Below are positions 25,901 through 38,800 of a DNA stretch of 64,000 bases, in pieces. The stretch's first letter is position 1. The number at the start of each line of letters is the position of its first letter. The notes below the pieces were generated by a model that worked only from the letters and a program-made list of their open reading frames with translations, was not told the DNA's origin and ran no database searches. The translations under genes and the position numbers were made by a program. The DNA is from Setoptus koraiensis (lineage: Eukaryota; Animalia; Arthropoda). Location: NCBI GenBank assembly GCA_048013815.1, contig CM106585.1:8804001-8868000 (forward strand). The letters run 5' to 3'.

Positions 25901-27127
25901 TTAATTTATTTTAATTATGTGTGTAAATTGATATTTTAAATATGTATTATGATTTAATGTACTTAAAATACTTGTATTTGCTATTTTTATGATTGATATT
26001 AAATATGTGTAAGTTTTTTTGATTTATGCATTGTTATATTATTTATGATATTTATAAGATATTATGTTAATTGTTGATTTGTGAAATATGATATTGAAAC
26101 ACTCATTATTTAAAAATGTTTAATTACATTAATCCACCCCCAACTGAATTGCTTTGATGTGTTTCTTTTTAGTATTGTTAATGTGATGTGGTTAATTGTG
26201 TAATTTTTGGTGAATATGTTGTGTTATATATCGATGTATTGTCTTTGTGGTAGTTATTATTGAATGGTATATATTTATTTAAATTATTATATGTATGGTA
26301 ATATTAATATTATTAATTTGGTATGGATGATTGATGCTATGTAATGTTGATTTATGTATATATAAAATTTTATGAATGATTTTCTATAATATGTATTCAT
26401 TGTTTAATTGATTTTGATAATTATATATAAGTTGTAATTATGAGAAAATAGTAATGTATATTAATATGTTATTGTTGTGATTTATATTATATGATAAATA
26501 TATATTATTTTGATGATTACTATATGTAAAATTTGATGTATGCTATCTTTTAATAACTGGTATGGATAGAATAATCGATTATTGAATCTGAATATTTGAA
26601 AGTGAATTATATGAAATGTTTCAAATTTAAAACATTAATTGATGATTATAAATTCATATTGGGTTATTTATGTATTATATATTGATTGTATTTATTGATT
26701 ATAATTATTAACTGTTGTTGATTATTATGTTATAATGTTGTTGTGATATTTTTCGATCGAATTATAATTTGATGATTGAATTAATAAAATAATAATTTGT
26801 ATGAAAAATTATTATATTGATGAATATGTAAATGGATATAATGTATGTATTATTTGAAATAAATAAATGTATAACTATGTGTGGTATTTTTTTATATTTA
26901 TTAATAATATATTAATTTTTGATTGTCTTGCATTATAAAATATTAATTATGTAAATCTATTGGTTTGTTTGGCTATATATAGATTGTTGGATGTTGATGA
27001 ATATTTTTCATTTATGTTGATGATAGACTTGTAATTGTTGAATATTTTGTATGTATTCAATGATTATGTTGTAATGTATATTGTAATATGATTAATGATT
27101 ATGATGAATTATATTTTTATCCTAAAA
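14640..27127. other. About 12.5-kb non-coding low-complexity tract: very AT-rich, C almost absent on the + strand, G mostly in TG
   Basis: A hand count of one 60-nt line gave A22/T29/G8/C1, and other lines look similar. Stops occur in all frames, no tandem unit is visible, and the tract ends at the assembly gap. Confidence 0.9.
19917..19951 (+). repeat. Poly(C)35 homopolymer
   Basis: 35 consecutive C inside an otherwise C-depleted tract. Confidence 0.95.
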
Positions 27128-27627
27128 NNNNNNNNNNNNNNNNNNNNNNNNNNNNNNNNNNNNNNNNNNNNNNNNNNNNNNNNNNNNNNNNNNNNNNNNN
27201 NNNNNNNNNNNNNNNNNNNNNNNNNNNNNNNNNNNNNNNNNNNNNNNNNNNNNNNNNNNNNNNNNNNNNNNNNNNNNNNNNNNNNNNNNNNNNNNNNNNN
27301 NNNNNNNNNNNNNNNNNNNNNNNNNNNNNNNNNNNNNNNNNNNNNNNNNNNNNNNNNNNNNNNNNNNNNNNNNNNNNNNNNNNNNNNNNNNNNNNNNNNN
27401 NNNNNNNNNNNNNNNNNNNNNNNNNNNNNNNNNNNNNNNNNNNNNNNNNNNNNNNNNNNNNNNNNNNNNNNNNNNNNNNNNNNNNNNNNNNNNNNNNNNN
27501 NNNNNNNNNNNNNNNNNNNNNNNNNNNNNNNNNNNNNNNNNNNNNNNNNNNNNNNNNNNNNNNNNNNNNNNNNNNNNNNNNNNNNNNNNNNNNNNNNNNN
27601 NNNNNNNNNNNNNNNNNNNNNNNNNNN
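27128..27627. other. Scaffold gap (500 N)
   Basis: Run of exactly 500 N. Confidence 0.99.
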
Positions 27628-28458
27628 GCTTCTGCTCTATCAGCAGCTTCCAAAACAAAAACACCCGCATCTACTACAAAGATTGCGCCAGCACTACAAT
27701 GTATTATTGAACCTACAGATGAAGTGTATTTAATAGATTTTGGTCTCGTCGAGAAATATACACATAAAGATGGTAGGCATCGAGATTATGTGGAGGACCA
27801 ACGACGTGCTAATAATGGCACGGTGGAGTTCAGTTCACGCGACGCCCACATAGGAGCATTTAGTCGCCGCTCAGATTTAGAATCTTTAGCTTATAATTTA
27901 TTATTCTGGGTGTCGGGCGGCCGTCTACCCTGGACAAACGTTCTCAAAGATCATCACCAAGTTGAGATATCAAAAAAATGGTATATGGACCATTTAGAAG
28001 AGTTTGTCAATTATTGTTTCAATGAAGACGCAGATCCAATAGACACAGCTAAATTATTAGCAGAGGATGATGGTGCCAGTAAGGTGACAACAGTGGGAGG
28101 AGGAGGCACTAGAAATGGGGCTGGAAATGGCACTGGAAATGGTGCTAGAAATGGTAGCGTAGCATCCTCTCGGCAGTCGTCAACGCAAGATTCCATTATG
28201 TGCGCCGCCTTGTATGATTTTGTTAGCTATATTGCTAAATTGGGCTACGCTGATGAACCAGATTATTATCTACTTAAGACAATACTCAGTAATGCACTAG
28301 TTGGAACTGGAATGAATGGATTTTCTTCAGGCCGGGCAGCCAGAAAGCGGAGGAGTGACTCTCTAAAGAGATCACGACCAAAGATTATAACTAAATGCGA
28401 GAATCCCACTCCAGCAATGCTGGAAATTCTCAGAAAGATGCAGCTTAAAAAGCATTAG
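27628..28458 (+). CDS. VRK: Vaccinia-related kinase / ballchen (NHK-1)-like Ser/Thr kinase, 5' half lost in the gap
   Basis: VYLIDFGL, RRANNGTVEFSSRDAHIG.FSRRSDLESLAY, LPW and EPDY are CK1-superfamily VRK-type C-lobe motifs. No N-lobe is present in the window. Confidence 0.85.
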   Translation, partial: ASALSAASKTKTPASTTKIAPALQCIIEPTDEVYLIDFGLVEKYTHKDGRHRDYVEDQRRANNGTVEFSSRDAHIGAFSRRSDLESLAYNLLFWVSGGRLPWTNVLKDHHQVEISKKWYMDHLEEFVNYCFNEDADPIDTAKLLAEDDGASKVTTVGGGGTRNGAGNGTGNGARNGSVASSRQSSTQDSIMCAALYDFVSYIAKLGYADEPDYYLLKTILSNALVGTGMNGFSSGRAARKRRSDSLKRSRPKIITKCENPTPAMLEILRKMQLKKH

Positions 28459-30332
28459 TAGATTCTTTTCTGTGATTTTAACATCAGCATATATGTACAT
28501 CATTTCAATAATATACCCATATGAACATTCAAAAAGCGTACAAATCTGATCTGATCCGATCCATCTGTTGTTGTCGTTATTGTTGTTACTGTTGTTACGT
28601 CCACATCATGATGTGGGAATGTCTGATATGTTGCTACCGCTGTCGCTGCAATTCGACTACCATTACTACTGCCACAACCACTACACGGCTACACCTGTTT
28701 GTTGAATAATGTGAATTCTCGAGCCAAGCCTCAAGTATTTGTCGTGGTAGCGACGGTGTTCAGTTGCACTGGCACTTGTATGGCCATAGCAGTTGTTGTT
28801 TGGTGGTGATGGCTGTTGTTGTCGTTGTCCGGCGGTTGTTGTGCGAGCGGCTCTAGTAAATCATGTCAGTCAAAGCGTTCGTAGTCACATTTAAGCTTAT
28901 TCCTATTCTCCATTTCTCCATTCGTTTCGTTGCAATGCCATACGAAACAGTGAGAAAAAGCGCCAGTTAGTAGAGAACGTCACTGTCTCTCGCTTTTCTT
29001 TTTTATTTAAGTTAATTTGACTCGCCAGGCCGGCAAGACAGACACGACCACTACCACCACTGTAGCAGTGGTAGTGGCAGTAGTAGTGGTGGTAGTAGTA
29101 GTAGTAGTGTTATTGTATAACAACTACAGCCGCTGCCATTCACTTCCACCATCACCATCAGCGTCATCGCCACCACTGCCACTACCACCAAGACTAATGA
29201 ATCTTGCGTGAGCGTTCCATTCTGTTTCAGATTCTCGTTTTGGATAGATCGCTCGCTCGCTTCTCAAATCGGCGACAATAACTTCAACAGCGACAGACTT
29301 ATCGTTATCACGACAAAACTGAGCCTTGTGTCTTGATAGTGCGGCATTAACGAGCAGCGAAGTTATAATTACCTGAGTTCAGTTAAGTCTCACACAAACA
29401 GATAGACCAAGTTGAGATTATTATAGCCTACATTGACCAAACGAGCAGCTGGCTAGCTAGACATGACAATAAGCGTGATGGCATAATAGCGACATAATCA
29501 GCGATCAACCACCATCATCATTTCATCCAGCCATCCAGCCAACTATGCAGCAAGTCAGCAAGCAAGCCAGTCAACCAGCCAGCCAGTGTGTTAACAATTT
29601 GTAACATCCTCGTAATGGCAAAACAGACATCATTATTGTCAGCCAGCTAGCTTAGCATAGTTGAAACATGATTGCATGCGTACCAATTTGGAATATATTA
29701 TCGCTGGCCATTATTATTATTATTACTATTCAATGATGACGTCAGTGACAAAAGCAAAGTATCGACAGCGGCCACACAACAATTGACTTGTTTGTATCAA
29801 CAATAGACAGAGCAGCAAGCGAGCCACTTACATCAGTCATAATAATAACAATCATATCATGATCAATACCGTAATAATAATGCCGTGAATTATGTTGCTG
29901 GATCATGCAACACACACACAACAGCGGACAACAGGTAAATCGCATCGATAGTAATGGTAGTAGTAGTAGTTTGAATTTTGACAAGTTGAAGAGCCGGCAC
30001 GCTGATAGCAGGCTAAATTGAAATAGTTGTGTGTAAGTATACCATCGTTGACAGCCATCGTTTGACCCCAAATATACAAACAAACGAGCAGCATTGACAT
30101 CATACAAGCAGCCGAGCACACGAATTATATAATTTTCAAGCTCATTTCGTCGAGCTTGCCACAAACTACAGTAGTGTCACAAGTGGTTGTTGTCCAAAGC
30201 AAAGTTGTGGCCTTGTCGCAATAGTGAATGACACAAATCATTCCGACAGTGACACCGCGCAACAAAAACAAACCCAAATCGATGCAGTAGCAGCATCATC
30301 GATAATAGTATTAAGTAACAACCAGCAGCACC

Positions 30333-31562
30333 ATGAGCGGCAATTCGCAAGCATTATTTAACCACAATCACCAGTATCATCGCATAGTTGTTGGTCAGCA
30401 GCAGCAACAGCAACAACAACAACAACCGACCAGTGCAAGCCAACCAGTTGCCATTGACCACCGACGCCAGCAGAGGCACCCAAATCATCAGTATTGTCAT
30501 CAGAGTGGCCAGGCACAAGACACAATGACAAGCACAGTGAATAACGGCACCACCGCAACCAACGACCATCCAAGAGCGTCCAGTAATCATGATACCAACC
30601 ATTTATTGTACCAACACCAGCAACAACAACAGCAATTCCTTGCCTCAAAGCAGCATCATTCGAGCTACCAATCGAGCGGCAATCACTTGAACCAGAGCCA
30701 CAGCCCCAAGATTAGCGTGAACCAGAATCAAGGTCACAATTACCAGCCAACCAGGCATCATATGCACCAAAGCCAGCAACAGAGTCACCACCATCAAGAG
30801 GCAAATAATCAAATGTACCAATCGAATGTAAAATATCATCATCAGCCGGTGTATCAGCAGCACAATAGATCGTCCGATCATCAGAGCAACGGTTACCATT
30901 TGGTGTCGCCCTCTTTCAACGAGCCAGCACTTCAGGCTCGATCCTCTGCCACAATTAGCACTAATTCTACAGCTAACTCAACATCACCGACAACTACAAC
31001 AACATCGAGCAACTCCAATTTCAATGGCTATACCAGCACCAGGTACGCTCAATTGCCCATCAAGAGCTCAAAATTATCCAACGGCTACAACGCAACGCCA
31101 ATCACCACGGCCTCTTTGGTGGCGTCGCTGGCATCTTCATCACAACAACAACAACAACAGCAGCAGCAACATCGACAGCATCAACAACAGCAACAGCATC
31201 AATCGGCAACAACGAAACAACAGCCGACCGGAAACAACAATTACGCAAGCAAACAACAGCATAAAGCTTACAATGGTGGTGATAATAATAGTAGCGAGGC
31301 ACAAACAGCAACAAGTAGTCCAACAGAAACTAGGCAGCAGCAGCAGCAACAACAACAAAAACAGCAACAACAACAACAGCAACAACAACAGAATCATCAC
31401 GTTAATTTTAATAATCTCTCCCAAAACGGCGAGGAGTCTAGTGAAAGAAAAAAGAAATATCTAACTGCTAAATATGGTCAACATCAGATGAGCTTGATAA
31501 AGAAACGATTGCGCATCGAAATGTGGTTATTTGAGCGTCTACAAGAATTGGCCCAAGATGAG
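30333..31562 (+). CDS. PPP1R14: PP1 inhibitor of the CPI-17/PHI-1 family, exon 1 (polyQ/H N-terminus plus PHIN motif)
   Basis: KKKYLTAKYGQHQMSLIKKRLRIEMWLFERL corresponds to CPI-17 RVTVKY...RRLDVEKWIDGRL. Phase-0 donor GAG|GTTAGT at 31562/31563. Confidence 0.85.
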
Positions 31563-32045
31563 GTTAGTATTCTCTTTTTGTGTTATTATTATTTTTTGAT
31601 TGTGCTCGAGAGTTCATTTCAGTATTGTGTTGCCACTGTGTTTGTGTGCCGGACCAACTATTTACTAGCAACCGCTAGTTATTAATAGTTGTTGTAATGG
31701 TTGTAGTTAATTTCATCTTCATTATCACAATATTGACACAAATTGCGTCATACTCCCTGCTACCAGTAGACGACTGTCGACATTTGATTGCACCAGCAAA
31801 CATTGGCCAATCAAATGAAAAGTTGCTCGGTCACGCTTCCTGTTTGAAGCGACGACCACGGCGACTTGGAACAACGGTCAATACAACGTTGCACAACAGC
31901 AACAACAACAGCAACAACTATAGCGACCAACACCAAGACGATACCACAATGCAATCAATTTAGAAATTTCCACTACCTCTGACGTTCATTGGCCCAAGCG
32001 AGAGACGTCATCGACCTTGTCGTTTCGTTGTTGTCGCTGTTGTTG

Positions 32046-32046
<1 letters not shown>

Positions 32047-32084
<38 letters not shown>
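32047..32084. repeat. (GTC)n microsatellite in PPP1R14 intron 1
   Basis: About 12-13 uninterrupted GTC units. Confidence 0.9.
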
Positions 32085-32085
<1 letters not shown>

Positions 32086-33249
32086 TGTTGCAATCCGCCG
32101 ATTTCAGTTTTGCGGGGTGGTCATGGCAGAAGAGCGAAGCTAAAGAGAGAAAAAACTTGTAACAAGCCTGTTCTTTCCATCAACTTGTTTCATTGTCCGA
32201 TGAAAAACCAATTCTCTCTTTTCGCTGGCCACTTCGATTCAAATGTCGCAGCTCGATTGTTGCCGTGCCAGTATTTGCATTTATGTATCTGTGTACTGTT
32301 ACAGTAGTAATGTATCATCGCCCGACACATTTACATCAATGAGCGCATCGTATAATGTTGCCCATCGAAGCTAACAATCACTCATAAGAATACGGTTCTT
32401 CTCTCTGGCATGATTAAAAATAATATGAGCAATGATATGAATTGAGTGTGATTCACGTGACCAACAAACTCGCAAAACTGGCAACAACATCACAAGACGG
32501 TACATGTAGACCATCAACAAATCATTCCCTTTGGCCAGCTTCTTACGTAAGTGCATTCCAGATGAATTCTCTGGAGAATGAGCGGTCGCCCAATTGAGAT
32601 GATGATGATACGGCGACACACTTGTAAACACAGGTGTGTGATAAACAAAATATGTCATTGCGTAATGGTTTCCGTGAGAACTGACAGTTCCTCTACATTT
32701 GTGTCTGTTTATCTGTCAAGACGACAATGCGAATGTTATTATGTTGTGTTGTCGTCTCTAGGCGCGGTCCAAACATGCATACCAGACGGACAATTAGCTA
32801 ATTCTGTTGCTGAGTGAAACAACGCCGACCACAAACACAACAGAAACAAATCAGAACAAACGGCAAGACGAGACGAGATGAGAGCGAGAGAGAGATTTTA
32901 TCTATCTAAAAGTTATCTAATCAATCAGAGGCTTATCTTACACTCAAATCAGATTTAAAAAGGTTTATTTGTTTGTTCTCTCCGTTCGCTACTATAACAG
33001 TTATAGTATAACTGTTTGTGATTGTGTCTAGGTGCGCAAGGCAAGAACAATTAGTAGTCAGTTTGTTTTTTCTTCTTCTTCTTCTTTTTTTGTGTGATTA
33101 ACCGGCTAACAGTATGGTATTGAGTGTTATTGCTCAACTCTAGTCGAGACGAAATTTGTTTGAAAAATCGCCTGTGACTGAGTGTGGATAATGCAAAGAA
33201 AAGAAAGAGTTGATATTTAGTAAGAGCAACAACATTCACAAGACCATAC

Positions 33250-33344
33250 GAAACGAGACGAAACGGAACGAGCCAAAACGGAACGAGACGGAATGGAACG
33301 AAATGTGATGTTATGTTATGTTATGTTATGTGACGTAATGTACA
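33250..33344. repeat. Compound pentanucleotide array (GAAAC/GGAAC grading into GTTAT)
   Basis: 19 consecutive units in an unbroken 5-nt register. Confidence 0.8.
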
Positions 33345-34944
33345 TTGTTGGCTGGTCGGAACTAGTTAATTATCAAACTGGCAGCATTATAATAATAATA
33401 ATCACAATAATGATAATGATAATCCCCCCTCTAGTAAGTAACTGGCTAACTTGCTAATACTGGTGATGACTGTAGGCGGTCACCAATGAGAGATCAAGAT
33501 GAAGCGAGTTTTAAGTTTCTCTGATCTCGCGTCCAGTTCACATCCAGTTGGCATCTATATGGTTTAGCCAAATAGTTGTTAGTCAACAGGAGTGAGAGAG
33601 AGAAAGAGAGAAAAAATGAAATGATTGTACAAGTTGGCCGATCTAGGAAACGCTCGCCATCAAGTGGCCGGCGTTTAATCTGAATATGGATAACAGTGTC
33701 AGTTTATTTTGTTGCGCGGCCAGGTAGGCAGCATTTGATATATGTCCATTGGTGTTGCCCATTCTCTTCTCATTAGCTTATTAGCTTGCATTCACAACTA
33801 ACCATGAATCACTGAATTCATGATTAGTTTTGAGAGGCTTTTCTCTTTTATTTCTGCCAAATTTCCACCAGGTCGGGCCATATAGCTTCGAGCGAGCATC
33901 ATTCAAGAGAATGAAAGAGAATGAAAGAGAAATCATTCAATCAAGTTAAAAAAAGGTTCATTAATGAATTTATAATTAAAATTCTCTCTCTCTCTCCGTG
34001 TTTTGGTTGCGAGTTTATATACTGGTTGCAAAGGTAGAGCCAACAGCGAGCCAAAACATTACTCAGTCGGCTCTGTTAGTTAGCTGCTGCTGCTGCCGCC
34101 GATAATGGCAGTTCATTAAACGCCATTCTCATCCGTGATAATTGATAATGATAATTCAATTGGTCATACATGCAGGCTGGCTCCTCGAGAGAGAGAGAGA
34201 GAGAGAAAGAATTCCATGCCACTTCAACTCTTGTGTAGCCGGCATCAAAAGCTAATAAGCTCTGGATAAGCGGATTTGCTACCGTTATAGTTGCAAGCCA
34301 GTTGTTGCCGTAATCAACTTAATGGCGTGCGATCATGAAAATGCTGTCAGCCAAAAGAGAATGATCCTCTTTGACAATTGTTAAGAACTCTTGTGTGGTG
34401 TGTGTGTGTGCTTGTTGCATGGCGAGGGACAGAGAACGATGGCGAAGAGCGGAAAAAAGAAGCGAAACGTTCTTCGATTCGAAGATTCTTGTATATATTG
34501 ATAGCGAGAGAATTTTAGCAGAACAAGTTTCTGTCATCGGCTTGTCTTTTTTCAGCTAATGTCATGTCGTCGCCAGTTTAGCTGATCAACCATACACCTG
34601 CCATCGGCATCATTGTCGTCTCTTTTTACATTGAACTTATTTTACATCATCTAACATCACCATCTAGACATCAGATCATCCCATCTGACATGACAATGAT
34701 AGCGACACACATCACAATCTCATACTTGAATTTAGCCACCCGTCTAGCCGTTTTCGTTGTTGTTGTTGTTGTTGTTGTTGGTACTGTCAGGTCATTCATA
34801 CTAATTGTTCTCTTCCTTCCTCTCTGTCAACTCCAATGTACTCTAATGTACTATCAATATCAACAATTTTCTCAATGGTTCAACACCGACGTTACATACC
34901 GTTTTAAACACCATCTTTAACCGTTTGAACAACAACCAACATAG

Positions 34945-35025
34945 GCGGCGCCAGATGACATAGACATTGATTTAGATTATCTGCTAGATTTGGAGGACGT
35001 ATCAGAACGAATATATTGGCTCAAG
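34945..35025 (+). CDS. PPP1R14: PPP1R14-family exon 2 (not in the ORF track)
   Basis: Acceptor CATAG| at 34944; encodes AAPDDIDIDLDYLLDLEDVSERIYWLK (cf. the EIDIDELLDLE motif of the family); donor AAG|GTAAAT; phase 0 at both ends. Confidence 0.85.
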
Positions 35026-35232
35026 GTAAATAGGTTAAATGGTTATATGATCTGATGATGATAGAGCAACAACAGGTAGAAATAGCCAGATAAGATAGAT
35101 TGCTTGCTAGATTAGAAAGAACCTGTACATACTTCTTTTTTGTCTTACTGATCATTTGTACTTTTACTAACTTAACTCGCTTTACCGTTTTATTATTAAT
35201 ACTATTATATATTTTTGACTTTTTATGGTTAG

Positions 35233-35322
35233 AAAAAGTTGGAACCGCTAGAGGATCAACAATCCAGACAGACTCTGGATGGTTTCATAGAAGAGATACT
35301 GGAACAGGCCAAATTGCTTTAA
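35233..35322 (+). CDS. PPP1R14: PPP1R14-family exon 3, terminal (not in the ORF track)
   Basis: Perfect branch point TACTAAC at 35165-35171, acceptor TTAG| at 35232; encodes KKLEPLEDQQSRQTLDGFIEEILEQAKLL* (cf. EDFIQELL). Confidence 0.85.
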   Translation, partial: KKLEPLEDQQSRQTLDGFIEEILEQAKLL

Positions 35323-35801
35323 ACTGCAGATTAGTCTTTTAAATAATATTATTAAGTATATTAGTGTATGTGTTTCGATTTGTACCAGATTAGAGTAAGG
35401 TGTAGACCTATAGATTGTTGTTATCACGACACAATATAAGGGTCCGCCGTCTGTTCAAATAGTTCAGATAATTATTATATTATTACTATTATTATTATTA
35501 TTATTACTATTATTATTATTGAAATTGTAATGTACACACATCAATACAACCAGCCAAATAGTTTAATAATTGATGACGATTATTATTCGAACATGGCACA
35601 ACACACATGATTAATAATGAAATCAAATACAAATAATCAATTATAAGTTGAGTAGTCGATATCATCAAGTGACACTTCAATTAGTTTCTAATCAGCATCT
35701 AGCGTTGTTTTTCCTTTTTTCGCTGTTGTTGTTGTTCTCGTGTGGTTCGTTGAGCATTGGATATTTCTATTATTTACAATAATGGCAATAACTCGTTCAT
35801 C

Positions 35802-38800
35802 TTAATTGTTGCTGTTGTCTGGCTTGAGATCCAAACAAGACCATTGGTCTCTTCTTACAATTAGCTCTAACCACTCGGCCAATGTCTTTATGTTGTCCTT
35901 GAATTTGACACTGTCTGTTTGGAAGCCAATATCGAATATAATTGAGTCTTTATCGATAATTTGTATGAACTTATATGGATATTTTTGACTGAACTCTAAT
36001 GATTGAGTATTATCGCTAGATGTCGATTGTTGCTGTGGTTGTTGCTTGCTATTCACAGTGGATATTGAGCTAGCTACAGCTGTCTGAGGCCTGGTAGCGT
36101 AACGTTTCTCCAAATGATCAAAGCGGCCGAATATCAATATATATTCACCTTCTCGATTAAATTGTTTCGAATGGGCAAAATGTAACAAGGTTGTATCCTC
36201 CTTTACACACGTCTTGTCTAGCGCCAGCGTTATATGATCTGGACCCGACATTAGAGTATTATCAGAGCCCGATGACGACGAAATTGATGATACTCGATGA
36301 TAATAGGCTTGCTCTTGAATAATCTTACTAATGTTACCTTTGAGATCGTGCACTGGCTTCACATCCAACAGATAGGTTTGTCCCGAACTCAATGAGCTAA
36401 CATTTATCAAGCGAGCCATTGTGACAAAATCATACTGTGACGAACAAACTAATTCCTGGAATTTATCTCTTCCTCGTTTGACATTGACGCCAAAAATTTC
36501 ACCCACTTCCAACAGACGATTTGTTTTCGGGCATCGTGACTGAGCAGCACATTTGCAAACGCCCGACATTTGATCGCAGTTAGTTTCTAATTGGTCAGAG
36601 AAACGTGTCGGAGTGTAAAAATTCGAGCATGAAGATTGAGCTGGCTGATAGTAGTCATAGACACGAATGTGGCCAGATTGTAAATTGGTCACTGTCGACT
36701 CTCTGACAAGTCTAAATTGCATACAATATGGACCAGCGGCAGGTATGTATTCCATGTAGATAATAACCAAACTTTTGTCAGGTGAGAGCTCATACTTAAG
36801 TGCTGGTGCGTTTGCTGTTATTTCCTGTAGATCGGCCTCGTTGGCCTTGAAACCACTAAGAATACCAATCTCTATGACAGCCATTTCGGAGTCCTGTCTA
36901 CCGCCAAATGTTTGAGCGCACACTTTTAACAACAAAACCAATTTGTTTCGATTTGATGTATATTGGTATTGTTGTTGCGGAGATTTGTTGTTGTTTTTGC
37001 CGTTTGCACTGTTGGAATTGTTGTTGCTGTTGAGGTCAAATTTTGCGCTTAAATTATTTATCGGAACACCATCAGGAACCGTATTAGGATGAAACACTGA
37101 GGATATAACGGGTGCGATTGATTTGTTGGCAACATGATCACTCGAAGCTGGGGCCGGAACTTGAACTTCATTGACGTTAGCAGCTTCGTGCACATAGATC
37201 ACAGGATTGAAAGTGGTCTGACTGGTCGTTTTAGACACAGTGTTTGGGTCTTCGCTAGAATAGGCAATACTGGGCATTTCTTCGAAAGACTTCGAATCCT
37301 CGGTCTGGTTGAACCTCTCTACATGGCTCGACAATGGTTCGGTATGTGGAGCAATTGTTGTAGTAGTAGTGGTTGTTGTTGTTGATCTGGCGTGATTTCC
37401 TCTGAACCATCTGCTCATACCTATGCTGTTGGCCAGTCGATATGTCCAATCAGATTCCTCATCAATCTCATCATTATGGGCATTCTTTTTCGACTTGTTG
37501 CTGCTTGATGGATTTTGATCAGTCTTGCTCGAACTATTATAAACCAAATCTATGACAGAACGTAATGCAGCTCGCGCTGTTCGTCTTGTCGGCAGTTTGA
37601 ACACATTGACAGATTGTTCTGGTTTATTCGCTATGTCGATAGTGGCGCCAGTTAGTTCGGTCGAGGCGGGTGGATCAGCGACATTCAATTCGTACAACAT
37701 ATTCTGGTCGAAAGTATCGAAGAATTCATCGCCAATGCTGCCACTGGCCGTATTTTGTCCCTTATTGTCGTTGTTGCCTGTCTCGATCTTTGTGATGGGA
37801 TTTTTCCATTCTTCGACAGTCGAAGAAATTTCAAAACGACATAAATCGTTGCCCGTTTGTAAGACATTGTATTTCAATTTGACCGACATTAGACCGACGC
37901 CGTCACCAGATGTGTAAAATTCAATTGTATCCGAAGAGTTTTGGTCTATGTTGAATGAGTCCAATTTGAATTGTTGTAAAACTAAGGCGTTCTCTTTTCT
38001 AAGTTCAATAGATCTCTTCAATCTATTGTGAATTGTCACATTACACATCAGATCTATTTGTGAGCTCGACAATTGGCCATTTGATGGAGTTGATTGATAT
38101 TGTGCAAACTTACTCAATGCCTCCAATGCTACAACTGTATCTTGCGTACTATCAAAAGATCCTGTAAAGCTACGTCGACTATTCAACCAATTGACTATGG
38201 CTTGGGCGTCGTTGCTGGGACTATGGATCCCTAATTTGGAGTTGGGGCCCAATCTATACCTCACTGTCGCAGAGCTAGTTAGTGTTGGTTGCAACTCCAT
38301 CAAAGCCAACAATGCATATCCTGCCGTTTCTGTCATATGATCACCACGCCAATTGAGCCAATTTCTAGCAGAATTATGGTTGGATATTACCATAAGATCA
38401 TTAATGATCGCGCTCGAATCGTGGGGTCTATTGAAACTCAGGGCATAAGCACATAAGGCTAGCACATAGGCGTTTCGCTCTTTGGTTGCCTTGAATTTAT
38501 TTATAAATATTGCCTCCTCGGCTCTGTTGAGCGCCACTTGATAATCATTCCTTCCATTAGTTGGTGTCTTTTGCTCATCGTTTGCACGTTGTCCTCCATC
38601 ATTTCCATCGGCCGCATTATCGCCGTTCGTGATAGGTACCTCAGATATTAGCTCGTGGGAGTAATGAGAGCATTCGTTCAGAGTAATTACGACAAATGCC
38701 GTTAAAGTGTTCTCTTTCAAAACACCACCCAACATTTCACGATGATACACAGGAGATAATTCAACCCACATACCTGTTGATGGATATTGTTTTTTCAGTA

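Noticed and set aside
14640-27127. Possible NUMT, kinetoplast or organelle DNA because of the T/G skew
   Set aside because: TAA stops occur in all frames even if TGA is read as Trp; no recognisable mitochondrial protein, rRNA or tRNA.
27088-27733. ORF-track entries spanning the N run
   Set aside because: Artefacts of translating N as X; only 27628-28458 is real coding sequence.
28120-28145. AATGGCACTGGAA matches the 5' part of miR-263/96-family sequences
   Set aside because: It lies within the Gly-Asn repeat of the VRK coding sequence with no hairpin; coincidence.
31563-31685. C-terminal part of the 450-aa ORF 30333-31685
   Set aside because: Read-through into intron 1; family homology resumes in exons at 34945 and 35233.
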